Virus record (IMG/VR): IMGVR_UViG_3300025608_000006
Reading direction: 5' to 3' (one strand)
DNA length: 64,000 bases
From: a virus
Taxonomy: Duplodnaviria > Caudoviricetes
This document shows, piece by piece, positions 38,760 to 47,965 of the stretch. The translations under genes were made by a program, and so were the position numbers. Numbering within the stretch: position 1 is the first letter of the stretch; every line of letters starts with the position of its first letter. Under the pieces are notes generated by a model. That model searched no databases, had not been told where the DNA came from, and was given only the letters and a program-made list of their open reading frames with translations.

Positions 38760-38846
38760 CTTATGTCGTAAATCGTGCCGTGTAACGCGGACTTATGCAG
38801 AACTGACCCACTGCGTAAACCTAGAACGTTTTAAAGGAGAAAACAA

Positions 38847-39278
38847 ATGGGAAGACCAATTAATAAAAGATTCTTCGGACCACCTACAGCAGGCGGTGAC
38901 GAAATTAAAGTACAGTTTCACAACGGCGCCGGTTCAGTAAACGGCTGGATTGTAAAGCAGCTTGGAAGTAAAAAATTCCGTTGCACAGATGGTACAGCAA
39001 CAGAAGATTGTGTATTAGTAGACAAAGCTTCAGGTGATGTTGCAGCAGGCGAAATGACAATTACAGTTTTAGATGATGGCGCAACACCGCGTCAAGTAAC
39101 TAAAATTGCAGGACGCAAAGTAACACTTGACACAGGCGCAAGCATTGCTTGGAACTTCTCAGACAGCACAACAGACGGTGCAGTTGAAATAGAAGAAGCT
39201 GGTGATGATGCAACTATTGACAACGTTGACGGCGCACCAGACGCAGATGACTTTGAGTCAGACGATCCAGTTGATTAA
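38847..39278 (+). CDS. Hypothetical virion protein with its own promoter and terminator
   Basis: 143 aa; strong SD AAGGAG; acidic C-terminus. Confidence 0.8.
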   Translation: MGRPINKRFFGPPTAGGDEIKVQFHNGAGSVNGWIVKQLGSKKFRCTDGTATEDCVLVDKASGDVAAGEMTITVLDDGATPRQVTKIAGRKVTLDTGASIAWNFSDSTTDGAVEIEEAGDDATIDNVDGAPDADDFESDDPVD

Positions 39279-39292
39279 TAAGCAAAGTAAAC

Positions 39293-39322
39293 GTGTAGGG
39301 GAGCAATCCCCTACACATTTTT
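39293..39322 (+). terminator. Rho-independent terminator
   Basis: GTGTAGGGGA-GCAA-TCCCCTACAC followed by ATTTTT. Confidence 0.8.
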
Positions 39323-39334
39323 AAGGAATAGTAA

Positions 39335-40321
39335 ATGTCAAAGTATCTAAACGTACCAAACGGAAATTATAAAGTAACTGTAAAAACAGGCGGCACTATC
39401 TATTTGGATACAGGTTTTGAAACAGGCACTGTTGAAATTTCGGGTAATTTGCTAGTACGCGGCGACACTACTACCATTAATACTGCTGAACTAACTATTG
39501 AAGACAGAGTAATTGAACTTAATAGAGGAGACGAAAACTCAGCAGGTATTCAAGGTTTCGACTCATTTGCTGGTTTAGAAATAAATCGAGGGACATTGCC
39601 GCATGCATTTTTTGGATACGATGAAGATGTAAGTGGATTTATTGTTTATGACCAAAACAGTAACTTATTGTCTCTAAGAACTAATGAAATTAATACTGGC
39701 GGTCAAAATTTACTATTAGATGCAGGAGCTGGAAGACTACAAGTAAATCCAACAGTTGATTATGAAAGAAAAGTATTCACATATGACGGTTTTGGAGAAC
39801 TAACAGGATATGATGCTGCAAATGCAGATGTTATCCCAAATACGCAATCCGTAGTTGATTATATTGCATTTAACTTTGCAAACGTTTTCTTGCGTCAGAT
39901 TGGTGACGGCGTATTAAGTGTTAGTAGTATTACAATTGACGACGAAGAAAATACCGGCGTTGACAGTGTAATTACTTTTGCAATTGACGGTAACACTGTT
40001 AGCCAACTGTATGCAGATCGTTGGGAATTTGATGAAATTAGAATTGCAGGATCTACTATTGAAACTATTAGTAGTAATGAAGACTTAGTTTTAAAATCAT
40101 CAGGAACTGGCAGTATTAGAATAGACGACACACTGCATTTGAATAGAGTACCGAGTGACGATGATCCTAGTTTATTACCTCCTAATCCTTTAGATGGGAC
40201 TAAGATTTATGTAGCAGACGAGTACACAGGTAAATCGGGAATATTCTTTGCCAACGATCAAGACAACAGAGACGAATTAGTAAGTAAAAATAGAGCATTG
40301 CTGTTTAGCATGCTGTTTTAA
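39335..40321 (+). CDS. Fibre-like structural protein
   Basis: 328 aa; GNLLVRGDTTTINTAELTIEDRVIELN beta-fibre-type motif. Confidence 0.65.
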   Translation: MSKYLNVPNGNYKVTVKTGGTIYLDTGFETGTVEISGNLLVRGDTTTINTAELTIEDRVIELNRGDENSAGIQGFDSFAGLEINRGTLPHAFFGYDEDVSGFIVYDQNSNLLSLRTNEINTGGQNLLLDAGAGRLQVNPTVDYERKVFTYDGFGELTGYDAANADVIPNTQSVVDYIAFNFANVFLRQIGDGVLSVSSITIDDEENTGVDSVITFAIDGNTVSQLYADRWEFDEIRIAGSTIETISSNEDLVLKSSGTGSIRIDDTLHLNRVPSDDDPSLLPPNPLDGTKIYVADEYTGKSGIFFANDQDNRDELVSKNRALLFSMLF

Positions 40322-40330
40322 GGATAAGAA

Positions 40331-40666
40331 ATGGCTATAGTAAACCAACAATTAACAACTACACAATTAGATATAGTAACTGTTCCTGCAAGTAAATCGT
40401 ATGCAATAACAAATATTCTAGTTTGTAATAATGATGCATCGGCATCGGCATCATTTGATATGCATTTAATTCCACAAAGTTCCAGTTTAAGTAATTCAGT
40501 AACACGAGTTATCAATAACTTAACATTGCCTGCGGGTGAAACATTTACTTTTGACAATGAAAAAATTGTACTAGAAGAAGGCGATAAAATTGCATTTGTA
40601 GCAGAACCTGATATAGGAAGCGACTTAACTAATCTAGCTGCTACCGTGAGTTACTTGGAAGTATAA
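40331..40666 (+). CDS. Small beta-rich structural protein (paralog family with 47239 and 58246)
   Basis: 111 aa; ILVCN...LPAGETF...EKIVLEEGD pattern. Confidence 0.7.
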   Translation: MAIVNQQLTTTQLDIVTVPASKSYAITNILVCNNDASASASFDMHLIPQSSSLSNSVTRVINNLTLPAGETFTFDNEKIVLEEGDKIAFVAEPDIGSDLTNLAATVSYLEV

Positions 40667-40667
40667 A

Positions 40668-41246
40668 ATGAGACTAATAAAACGTCAAACAACTAACTTA
40701 AGAAGTATTACAGGCAAAGGAGTACAATACGACATTGACGATCAAGTTATTGTTGACAGTCAACGTGCTATGGTTGTTCCTGTAGGACCGCTTTCTGAAC
40801 GTCCAGGCGAAGTTGGCGTAGCTACTAGTTCTAATGTCGGACAAGTTCGATATAATACAACGGATGAACAATTAGAAGTATATCAAAACGGCGCATGGAG
40901 AGAAGTACGTTTTAAAGAACCTAACCAAGATCCTGGAGTTGTTTGGCAAAACTTAGGCGTAGGCAATATAGCAGCAGATGAAACTGTATTTGGCGAATTA
41001 CAAAGTAACGACCCGGATTATCCTGTGCCTGCAACTGCTAATAATATTATTGTATTAATTGAAAATGTAGTACAAATACCTACCACAAACTACACAATAC
41101 ATCAAACTGCTGAAATTACTTCAGGCGGCGCAGAAGAAGGACCTAATCATCCTTATACTGAAACAGGCACAGGTTGGTGGATTAAATTTACAAGCCCAGT
41201 GCCTACAGGCAAACCAGTTACAGTAATTCATAACCTAGACAAATAA
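40668..41246 (+). CDS. Fibre-associated structural protein
   Basis: 192 aa; VPVGPLSERP...GQVRYNTTDEQLEVY motif shared with the downstream fibres. Confidence 0.7.
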   Translation: MRLIKRQTTNLRSITGKGVQYDIDDQVIVDSQRAMVVPVGPLSERPGEVGVATSSNVGQVRYNTTDEQLEVYQNGAWREVRFKEPNQDPGVVWQNLGVGNIAADETVFGELQSNDPDYPVPATANNIIVLIENVVQIPTTNYTIHQTAEITSGGAEEGPNHPYTETGTGWWIKFTSPVPTGKPVTVIHNLDK

Positions 41247-41249
41247 ATA
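41243..41249 (+). promoter_or_regulatory. Late-promoter-like box ATAAATA
   Basis: Overlaps the upstream stop; precedes SD GAGGAG and ATG 41273. Confidence 0.55.
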
Positions 41250-41272
41250 CATTGTCAGAGGAGAAGTAGGGC

Positions 41273-43762
41273 ATGCCAGAACCACAGAATGGCCGTATCG
41301 GCGGCGGGGTATTAAAAGATAATCTATTACGTCAAGGCGTCAATCTTAACTTTAAAAATACAAGCGGCGACACTGCGTTACTTCACTTAGATGTTAATAA
41401 TGCTAAAATTGGTATTAATACAGAAGCTGCTTCTGATGCGCTAACTATTCCTAATACGTTAGCATCTTCAAATTTAATATCAACTTACAATAACATTGCA
41501 AATTTTACAATTGATACTAGTCGTATTGAAGCACTAGGAGGCGATGGATTTATTAATTTTAATGCTGCAACCAATATTAGTGCTACTGCTATAGCAACTG
41601 ACGATTTAAAAATAGACTTTAATACAATTAGTACAACTACTACTGATACTAATATTGAAATACGTCCAAACGGAAACGGTACAGTTAATATTAATAGTAA
41701 CTGGAATATTACAGGCGGACTACATGCAACTGGAAATATTACCACAAGTGGTGACTTTACGCTGGGTGATAATGACGAAGATAATGTTACGTTCGCGGCT
41801 GATGTTAATAGTGATATTGTTCCAGATCAAACTAATACTAGTGACTTAGGATCAGCATCTAAACAATGGTTAGATATTTACACTAGTTTAGTAAATGGTG
41901 AAGTAGTAGTGTTAGATACTCTGGAAGTCGGCAGTGGCTCTTCAAGTCTTGCACGAAGACAAGGCAATACATTTTATGTTAGTACACTAGGAAGTGACAC
42001 TAACGTAGGTGATCATCAGCATGGCGCCTTTCGTACACTAAAACATGCGCTTACACAAGTGGATGGCAGTACATCAGGACCAACTGTAATACATATATTT
42101 CCTGGAGAGTATGAAGAAGAATTTCCTCTAACTGTTCCGTCACATGTTGATGTAGTTGGCGAAGACATACGAAATGTAATAATCAAACCAACAGTTGCTA
42201 CACAAAGTAATAGTGCATTTTATTTAGAAGATGATGTTACTATTGAAAATTTAACCATCAAAGACTTCTATACAGGCTATGCATTCCAGTTCACAGCCAG
42301 CGGACTAGTAAGCACACGTTCTCCCTATATTAGAAACGTCACTGTAATTACAAAAGGTAGTGTTACAAGTGCAGACGATCCAAGAGGTTTTGCACAAGGC
42401 GATGCGGGCAAAGGCGCACTAATAGACGGCGCAACATTAGACAGTGCAAGTCTAGAAGCTAGTATGCTGTTTCACAGTTGTACATTTATGACGCCTGGTG
42501 TTGATTGTATTACAATGACCAATGGCGTAAGAGTAGAATGGTTAAATTCATTTACATATTTTGCAAATAGAGGATTATATGCAACACAAGGTGCAAGCGG
42601 CAAACTAATGCCGGATGCATCAATACGCTATGGTGCAGAACTGAGATCAATTGGCTCAGCAAATGTGTATGGTAACTACGGTGCAGAAGCAGACGGTGCT
42701 AACACGCTAATGTATCTAATAGGACATAACTTCGCTTATATTGGTACAGGTAAAGACACAAGTAATGATAACACACTTGCTATAAAAAGTCAAGAAGTAA
42801 CAGAATTAAATTCTGGAAGCATTGTACATACCAGTACAGATCAAAAAGGTAAATTTAGTGTAGGCGATGCGTTCTTTGTAGACTTTGATACAGGCGAAAC
42901 AAGCATTGATGCAAACTCAATTGACTTTAGCGGCATTGGAAGTATAAACGTAAACAACGGTTTAGAAATTACTTTTATTGATGGTGAAAGAGTTGATACA
43001 GGTAATATAAGAATTACTGGCAATACTGTTACTACACTTGATGGAGATTTAAATCTAAGTCCTCAAACAGAATTGTTTAATACTGATAATAATGCAAGTT
43101 TAATAATTAGTCGAGGCACTACACTTCAACAAAACAACGAAACTGCTGATATTAGATACAATACTGATACAAATTTATTTGAAGGTTATAGTTCAGGTAA
43201 TTTAAGTTTTGGTGGCATATATTCAAGTGATAGAGTCGATAGCATTGATGCACACGATACTAGTAATAATATTATTATTAGAGTAAACGATATTCAAGTT
43301 GGCTCAGTAGATTTTAACAGTACCAATTTACATGGATTATCAACAGGTGACGTATTATTTGATAATAATCTAATCACAACAACATTATCGAATTCAGATT
43401 TAGAACTTAGAAGAACTACAGCAACAAATGTTGTTGATATATTTGATATTGAAATAAAAGAAAATAATTTTTCTAATATTAGTGATAATTTACTAACACT
43501 TACTACAACAGGATTAGGATATGTGAAATTTAACGGAACCACAGGACTTGTTATTCCGTTTGGCGACAATGCACAACGAAATGTTTCACCTGTAACTGGC
43601 GAAACTAGGTATTCTACCGAAGCTGGGCCTGGTTTAGGTTTCCTAGAAGTATACAATGAATCTGACGGCGGCGCATGGCAACGTGCAGCAGGCGAAGGCG
43701 AAGAAGTTACTGAACCTATCTTAAAAGAACTAGTCGATATCTATACCCTTGTACTGGGTTAA
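41273..43762 (+). CDS. Large fibre/appendage protein with a beta-helix-like central domain
   Basis: 829 aa; paralog of 43899 (LKxNLLRxGVN, RQGNxxYV, RSPYIRN, EWLNSFTYFANRG). Confidence 0.75.
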   Translation: MPEPQNGRIGGGVLKDNLLRQGVNLNFKNTSGDTALLHLDVNNAKIGINTEAASDALTIPNTLASSNLISTYNNIANFTIDTSRIEALGGDGFINFNAATNISATAIATDDLKIDFNTISTTTTDTNIEIRPNGNGTVNINSNWNITGGLHATGNITTSGDFTLGDNDEDNVTFAADVNSDIVPDQTNTSDLGSASKQWLDIYTSLVNGEVVVLDTLEVGSGSSSLARRQGNTFYVSTLGSDTNVGDHQHGAFRTLKHALTQVDGSTSGPTVIHIFPGEYEEEFPLTVPSHVDVVGEDIRNVIIKPTVATQSNSAFYLEDDVTIENLTIKDFYTGYAFQFTASGLVSTRSPYIRNVTVITKGSVTSADDPRGFAQGDAGKGALIDGATLDSASLEASMLFHSCTFMTPGVDCITMTNGVRVEWLNSFTYFANRGLYATQGASGKLMPDASIRYGAELRSIGSANVYGNYGAEADGANTLMYLIGHNFAYIGTGKDTSNDNTLAIKSQEVTELNSGSIVHTSTDQKGKFSVGDAFFVDFDTGETSIDANSIDFSGIGSINVNNGLEITFIDGERVDTGNIRITGNTVTTLDGDLNLSPQTELFNTDNNASLIISRGTTLQQNNETADIRYNTDTNLFEGYSSGNLSFGGIYSSDRVDSIDAHDTSNNIIIRVNDIQVGSVDFNSTNLHGLSTGDVLFDNNLITTTLSNSDLELRRTTATNVVDIFDIEIKENNFSNISDNLLTLTTTGLGYVKFNGTTGLVIPFGDNAQRNVSPVTGETRYSTEAGPGLGFLEVYNESDGGAWQRAAGEGEEVTEPILKELVDIYTLVLG

Positions 43763-43773
43763 TCTTCAAAAAC

Positions 43774-43781
43774 GATAAATA
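43774..43781 (+). promoter_or_regulatory. Late-promoter-like box GATAAATA
   Basis: Intergenic; followed by a ~115-nt structured leader. Confidence 0.65.
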
Positions 43782-43898
43782 CTATTAATGCAAAGCAGCG
43801 ACCATTGTTTTGTGTGTCCATACTGTGGTTAACCAGCAAAGAGCCGAAAGGCTGAGAATTTGGCTAGAGGGACAGGATCCCCGTATTGAGGAGAAGAG

Positions 43899-46800
43899 AT
43901 GGCTATCGGTCGCATATCGGGTCCGCTCTTAAAGGCAAACTTACTTCGTGAAGGAGTAAATATTGCGTTTGAGGACGACTTATTATATCTAGATGTTAAT
44001 AATAGCCGCATCGGTATAAACAATGCGTCGCCTCAATACGATTTAGATGTAATTGGTACAACTAGAGCACCTGCACTAGAAGTTAGCACACTCGCTAATA
44101 TCGGTGATGTTAATATCACTGGAACTACAATTTCAACAAATCAGCCCACACTTAATTTAGGTGCAGCTGATAATGTTATCTATCAAAATCGTCTAACAAT
44201 TGACAGTTTAGATTTAGAAAATAATGTTATTAGTTCAAATGAAACTAATACAAATATAGAGTTTTCGCCTAACGGTACTGGCACTGTAGAAATATTTGCA
44301 GATACTAATGTAACAGGAAATATTACTGCAACAGGCTCAATCACAGCAGATGGCAATATTACCATTGGTGATGCTGACACTGACAATATTACATTTAATG
44401 CGGAAATTAATTCAGACATTATTCCTGATGCAACAAATACGTATGCACTAGGAAGTGATCCTGCATCTGGCGGCAAACAATGGTCAGATGTATACACTCG
44501 AACACTGACAGCTGGAACAGTTAGAACAACTTCGATAGAAGTTGACGGCGTAGATATTGCACTGCGTCAAGGAAACATTTACTATGTTGCTGAAAACGGC
44601 AGTGATAGTTATACAGGTGATCACCCTAACGATCCGTACGGTTCGTTAAAGTATGCACTAAGTCAAGCAACTAGTGGTGATACAATACACATTTATCCAG
44701 GTGTTTATCAAGAAGAATTTCCAATGACTGTGCCTACAGGAGTTACTGTAAAAGGCCACAGCATACGTAGTATTAATATTACGCCAACAGTTGCTACAAA
44801 CAGTAATGATGCATTTTTATTGAATGGCGGCTCAACAGTTGAAGATTTAACTATTTCAGGATTCTACACAGGATATGCATTTAAGTTTGCTCCTGGCTTT
44901 ACAGTATCAGGAAACAACCGTTCACCTTACATTAGAAACATCAGTGTTATTACTCAAGGCAGCGTTACAAGCGCAGCAGATCCAAGAGGTTTCGACGAGG
45001 GTGATGCAGGGCGCGGAGCGTACATAGACGGCGCTGTAGCAGCAGCTACAAGCTTGGAAGCTACCATGCTGTTCCATAGTGCTACATTTATTACCCCAGG
45101 CGTAGACGCTATTACAGTAACTAACGGCGCTAGAGTAGAATGGCTAAACAGCTTTACATACTTTGCTAACCGTGGCATATACGGCGTAGATGGTTCTACA
45201 GGCTTACGAGGAACTGGACAGACAGCAGTTAGAGTAGACGGACTAACTGGTACTATCGCTAACGGAAACACCTTTACATACTACGACACAGACGGTACAA
45301 CAGTGCTTGCAACAGGTACTATCAACGGTGTAGATGCAGATGGGAAGTTTTATGTTGATGGTAATTTAACAGGATTAGAAACTGCCGGAGAGCGTGGCGG
45401 CAAAATAATAACCAAGTACGGAACTCCTACTACAGACACAACAATTAAAAAGTTTGGCGCTAGTAGTTTAGAGCTCAATGGAACTACTGATTATATTGGT
45501 ATTGCATCAAATAACGACTTCGGATTTGGCACAGGCGATTATACTGTTGAAGGTTGGTTCTATCTTACAGATGTATCTGTAACAAATAACTTATTTGACT
45601 TTAGAGCAGGCGCAGGCACAGACGTTGCTCCAGTACTTTATGTTAACTCAAGCGCACAACTTAATTTTTATTCTTTTAATGCAAATAGAATTACTGGACC
45701 TACATTATTAGTTAACACATGGTATCACATTGCAGTTAGTCGTAGCGCAGGAACTACAAAATTATTTGTAAACGGTGCAAGCCAAGGTACTCCTTGGGTA
45801 GATTCAACAGATTACGATATTGCTAAACCTTTAGTAATAGGTGCTACTTGGAACGGTGCAGACTTTACAAACGGATATATAGACGAGTTTAGAGTTACAA
45901 AAGGACTAGCAAGATACACATCAAACTTTGTGCAACCATCATCAGAGTTTGCAAGTGACGCTGATACTAAATTATTATTACATTTTAATAACGCAGTAGA
46001 TGGCTCGACTACAATCATTGACGATACTACCAATTCACAAGATTTAAGATTTAGCAACGGTGCAACTGCTAACTTTGTTACACTAGCAGATCAAACAGAA
46101 TTCGGAGGCGAAGTACGTTCAATTGCAAGTGCGTGTGTTTACGGCAACTACGGCATTGTAGGCGACGGACCAGGTGTGCTGATGTATCTAATCAGTCAAA
46201 ACTTAGCATACATTGGCGTAGGCAAAGAAACTGACAACGACGATAACAATGTAATTCAAGCAAACGAAATTGTCGAATCAAATAATGCACAAATAAGATT
46301 TAGTTCAGTAGATCACAAAGGCGACTTTAGAGTTGGCGATCTATTTTATGTAAATCAAGAAGACGGCACTGTAGACTTTAGTAGTTCAACTTTTAATATC
46401 AACACATCAAGTGGCATAACAATTACCACAGGCAGTAGTCAGACAACTATTACTGGCGATAAGATTGATACTGGTAATTTACGTTTAAGTGGCAATACTA
46501 TTGAAAGTTTAAGTGGAGACATCAACTTAGACGCAGACAGCGGCACAGTTAGAATCAATTCAACAAGTGCGCTACAATTGCCCAAAGGAGATACAGCAAG
46601 TCGCCCAACGCCAGCAACTGGTATGATTCGTTATAATACTGAAACCAACTTGTATGAAGGATATGACGGCAACTGGATTGCACTCAATGGTGTTTATGAT
46701 TTAGACTTAGATACACGTATTACAGCAGAACTAACCCCTGGTGCTAATGACGGTGTAATAAGATTCTATATACAAGATAATGTTGTAACAACAATCGATG

Positions 46801-47234
46801 CAGATAAACTAGAAACACCTAGAATTGAAGTAGATGATATTAGTATTGACGGTAACGTTATTACAACGGAAACAACAAATACCGACTTAACACTCAGTGC
46901 AAATGGCACAGGTTCTGTAATTATTGATAATATTGCATTTAAAGGTTCTACGATAACCAATACTGAGATAGATGGAGTACTTAATTTTGAACAACAAGGA
47001 AGCGGTTATTTTAAAATCGAAGGCAACAACGGATTTATTGTTCCAGTAGGATCAAACGTACAACGTCCAGCCGCAGCATACAGAGAAACTGGGATGGTGC
47101 GTTATAACACAGAACAACGATATTTAGAAATATGGGACGGATTTAGCTGGGTTTCAGTTGCAGGTGCAACAGGGTCAATTAGTTTTGCAGCAGCGGAAGA
47201 CTTAGCAATTGAATACGTATTAACATTAGGATAA
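43899..47234 (+). CDS. Large fibre/appendage protein with an inserted LamG/ConA-like lectin domain
   Basis: 1111 aa; FGASSLELNG...DYTVEGWFY...WYHIAVSR...GYIDEFRVTKG is a LamG-like pattern (~45450-45990). Confidence 0.8.
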   Translation: MAIGRISGPLLKANLLREGVNIAFEDDLLYLDVNNSRIGINNASPQYDLDVIGTTRAPALEVSTLANIGDVNITGTTISTNQPTLNLGAADNVIYQNRLTIDSLDLENNVISSNETNTNIEFSPNGTGTVEIFADTNVTGNITATGSITADGNITIGDADTDNITFNAEINSDIIPDATNTYALGSDPASGGKQWSDVYTRTLTAGTVRTTSIEVDGVDIALRQGNIYYVAENGSDSYTGDHPNDPYGSLKYALSQATSGDTIHIYPGVYQEEFPMTVPTGVTVKGHSIRSINITPTVATNSNDAFLLNGGSTVEDLTISGFYTGYAFKFAPGFTVSGNNRSPYIRNISVITQGSVTSAADPRGFDEGDAGRGAYIDGAVAAATSLEATMLFHSATFITPGVDAITVTNGARVEWLNSFTYFANRGIYGVDGSTGLRGTGQTAVRVDGLTGTIANGNTFTYYDTDGTTVLATGTINGVDADGKFYVDGNLTGLETAGERGGKIITKYGTPTTDTTIKKFGASSLELNGTTDYIGIASNNDFGFGTGDYTVEGWFYLTDVSVTNNLFDFRAGAGTDVAPVLYVNSSAQLNFYSFNANRITGPTLLVNTWYHIAVSRSAGTTKLFVNGASQGTPWVDSTDYDIAKPLVIGATWNGADFTNGYIDEFRVTKGLARYTSNFVQPSSEFASDADTKLLLHFNNAVDGSTTIIDDTTNSQDLRFSNGATANFVTLADQTEFGGEVRSIASACVYGNYGIVGDGPGVLMYLISQNLAYIGVGKETDNDDNNVIQANEIVESNNAQIRFSSVDHKGDFRVGDLFYVNQEDGTVDFSSSTFNINTSSGITITTGSSQTTITGDKIDTGNLRLSGNTIESLSGDINLDADSGTVRINSTSALQLPKGDTASRPTPATGMIRYNTETNLYEGYDGNWIALNGVYDLDLDTRITAELTPGANDGVIRFYIQDNVVTTIDADKLETPRIEVDDISIDGNVITTETTNTDLTLSANGTGSVIIDNIAFKGSTITNTEIDGVLNFEQQGSGYFKIEGNNGFIVPVGSNVQRPAAAYRETGMVRYNTEQRYLEIWDGFSWVSVAGATGSISFAAAEDLAIEYVLTLG

Positions 47235-47238
47235 ACAG

Positions 47239-47568
47239 ATGGCAACACAATTTAAAAATAAGGTAGTAAAAGAAGTAGGACCTATTCCTATACTTGCACT
47301 AGAAACAGACGCAGCTACACGTTCGACAATTATAGGTCTTAACTTAGCTAATCTAACAGACTTTGTAGTTTATGCAAGTGTGCTAATACATGATGATACT
47401 AGTGTCGAAGGTTACTTTATGAAAGATGTTATGGTGCCGCCTAATAGCAGTCTGCACGCTCTTGCAGCAGGAGAAAAATTAATTCTTGCTCCTACTAATG
47501 AACTTTATTTAGTAGCTGATCAAGATGAAGCATTAGATGCAGTTATTAGTTACGTAGATATTGTATAA
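47239..47568 (+). CDS. Small beta-rich structural protein (paralog of 40331 and 58246)
   Basis: 109 aa; LNLAN...VPPNSSL...EKLILAP pattern. Confidence 0.7.
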   Translation: MATQFKNKVVKEVGPIPILALETDAATRSTIIGLNLANLTDFVVYASVLIHDDTSVEGYFMKDVMVPPNSSLHALAAGEKLILAPTNELYLVADQDEALDAVISYVDIV

Positions 47569-47579
47569 GGAATAAAAAA

Positions 47580-47954
47580 ATGTCAGCAAATTACACAGGA
47601 TTTACTCCAGATCACATGCAAAATGCAGTACAAGATAGATTTTTCTATGGTCTGCGTAGAACAGACCAAGGAGAATTGTTTATTGGCAAGCTGGATCAAA
47701 TGAAAGCAACAGATACTATAATGATCAATAAACCCGGAGATCCGGTTCAAAATTATCCTAGTTTTGAACAAGGGCAAGACTTTTACGAAGGTCGCGATGT
47801 AAATCATGACCTAGTTTATGAAAACTTAAATTACGAGCAGTTCCGCTGGGATGATAGGAATATTTCTTACTATGTAAATGATGAAGGCGAGTTAATAGCA
47901 AGAATAAATCACAATTATATATATGATGAAAATTCATCATCTAACGGATTATAA
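47580..47954 (+). CDS. Hypothetical protein
   Basis: 124 aa; SD AAGGA; tightly packed in the operon. Confidence 0.7.
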   Translation: MSANYTGFTPDHMQNAVQDRFFYGLRRTDQGELFIGKLDQMKATDTIMINKPGDPVQNYPSFEQGQDFYEGRDVNHDLVYENLNYEQFRWDDRNISYYVNDEGELIARINHNYIYDENSSSNGL

Positions 47955-47965
47955 GAGAGAAGAAA

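Noticed and set aside
43840-43885. Hammerhead ribozyme or c-di-GMP riboswitch
   Set aside because: CTGAGAA is not the CUGANGA core, and the GCAAA/GAAA elements lack the rest of the c-di-GMP-I consensus.
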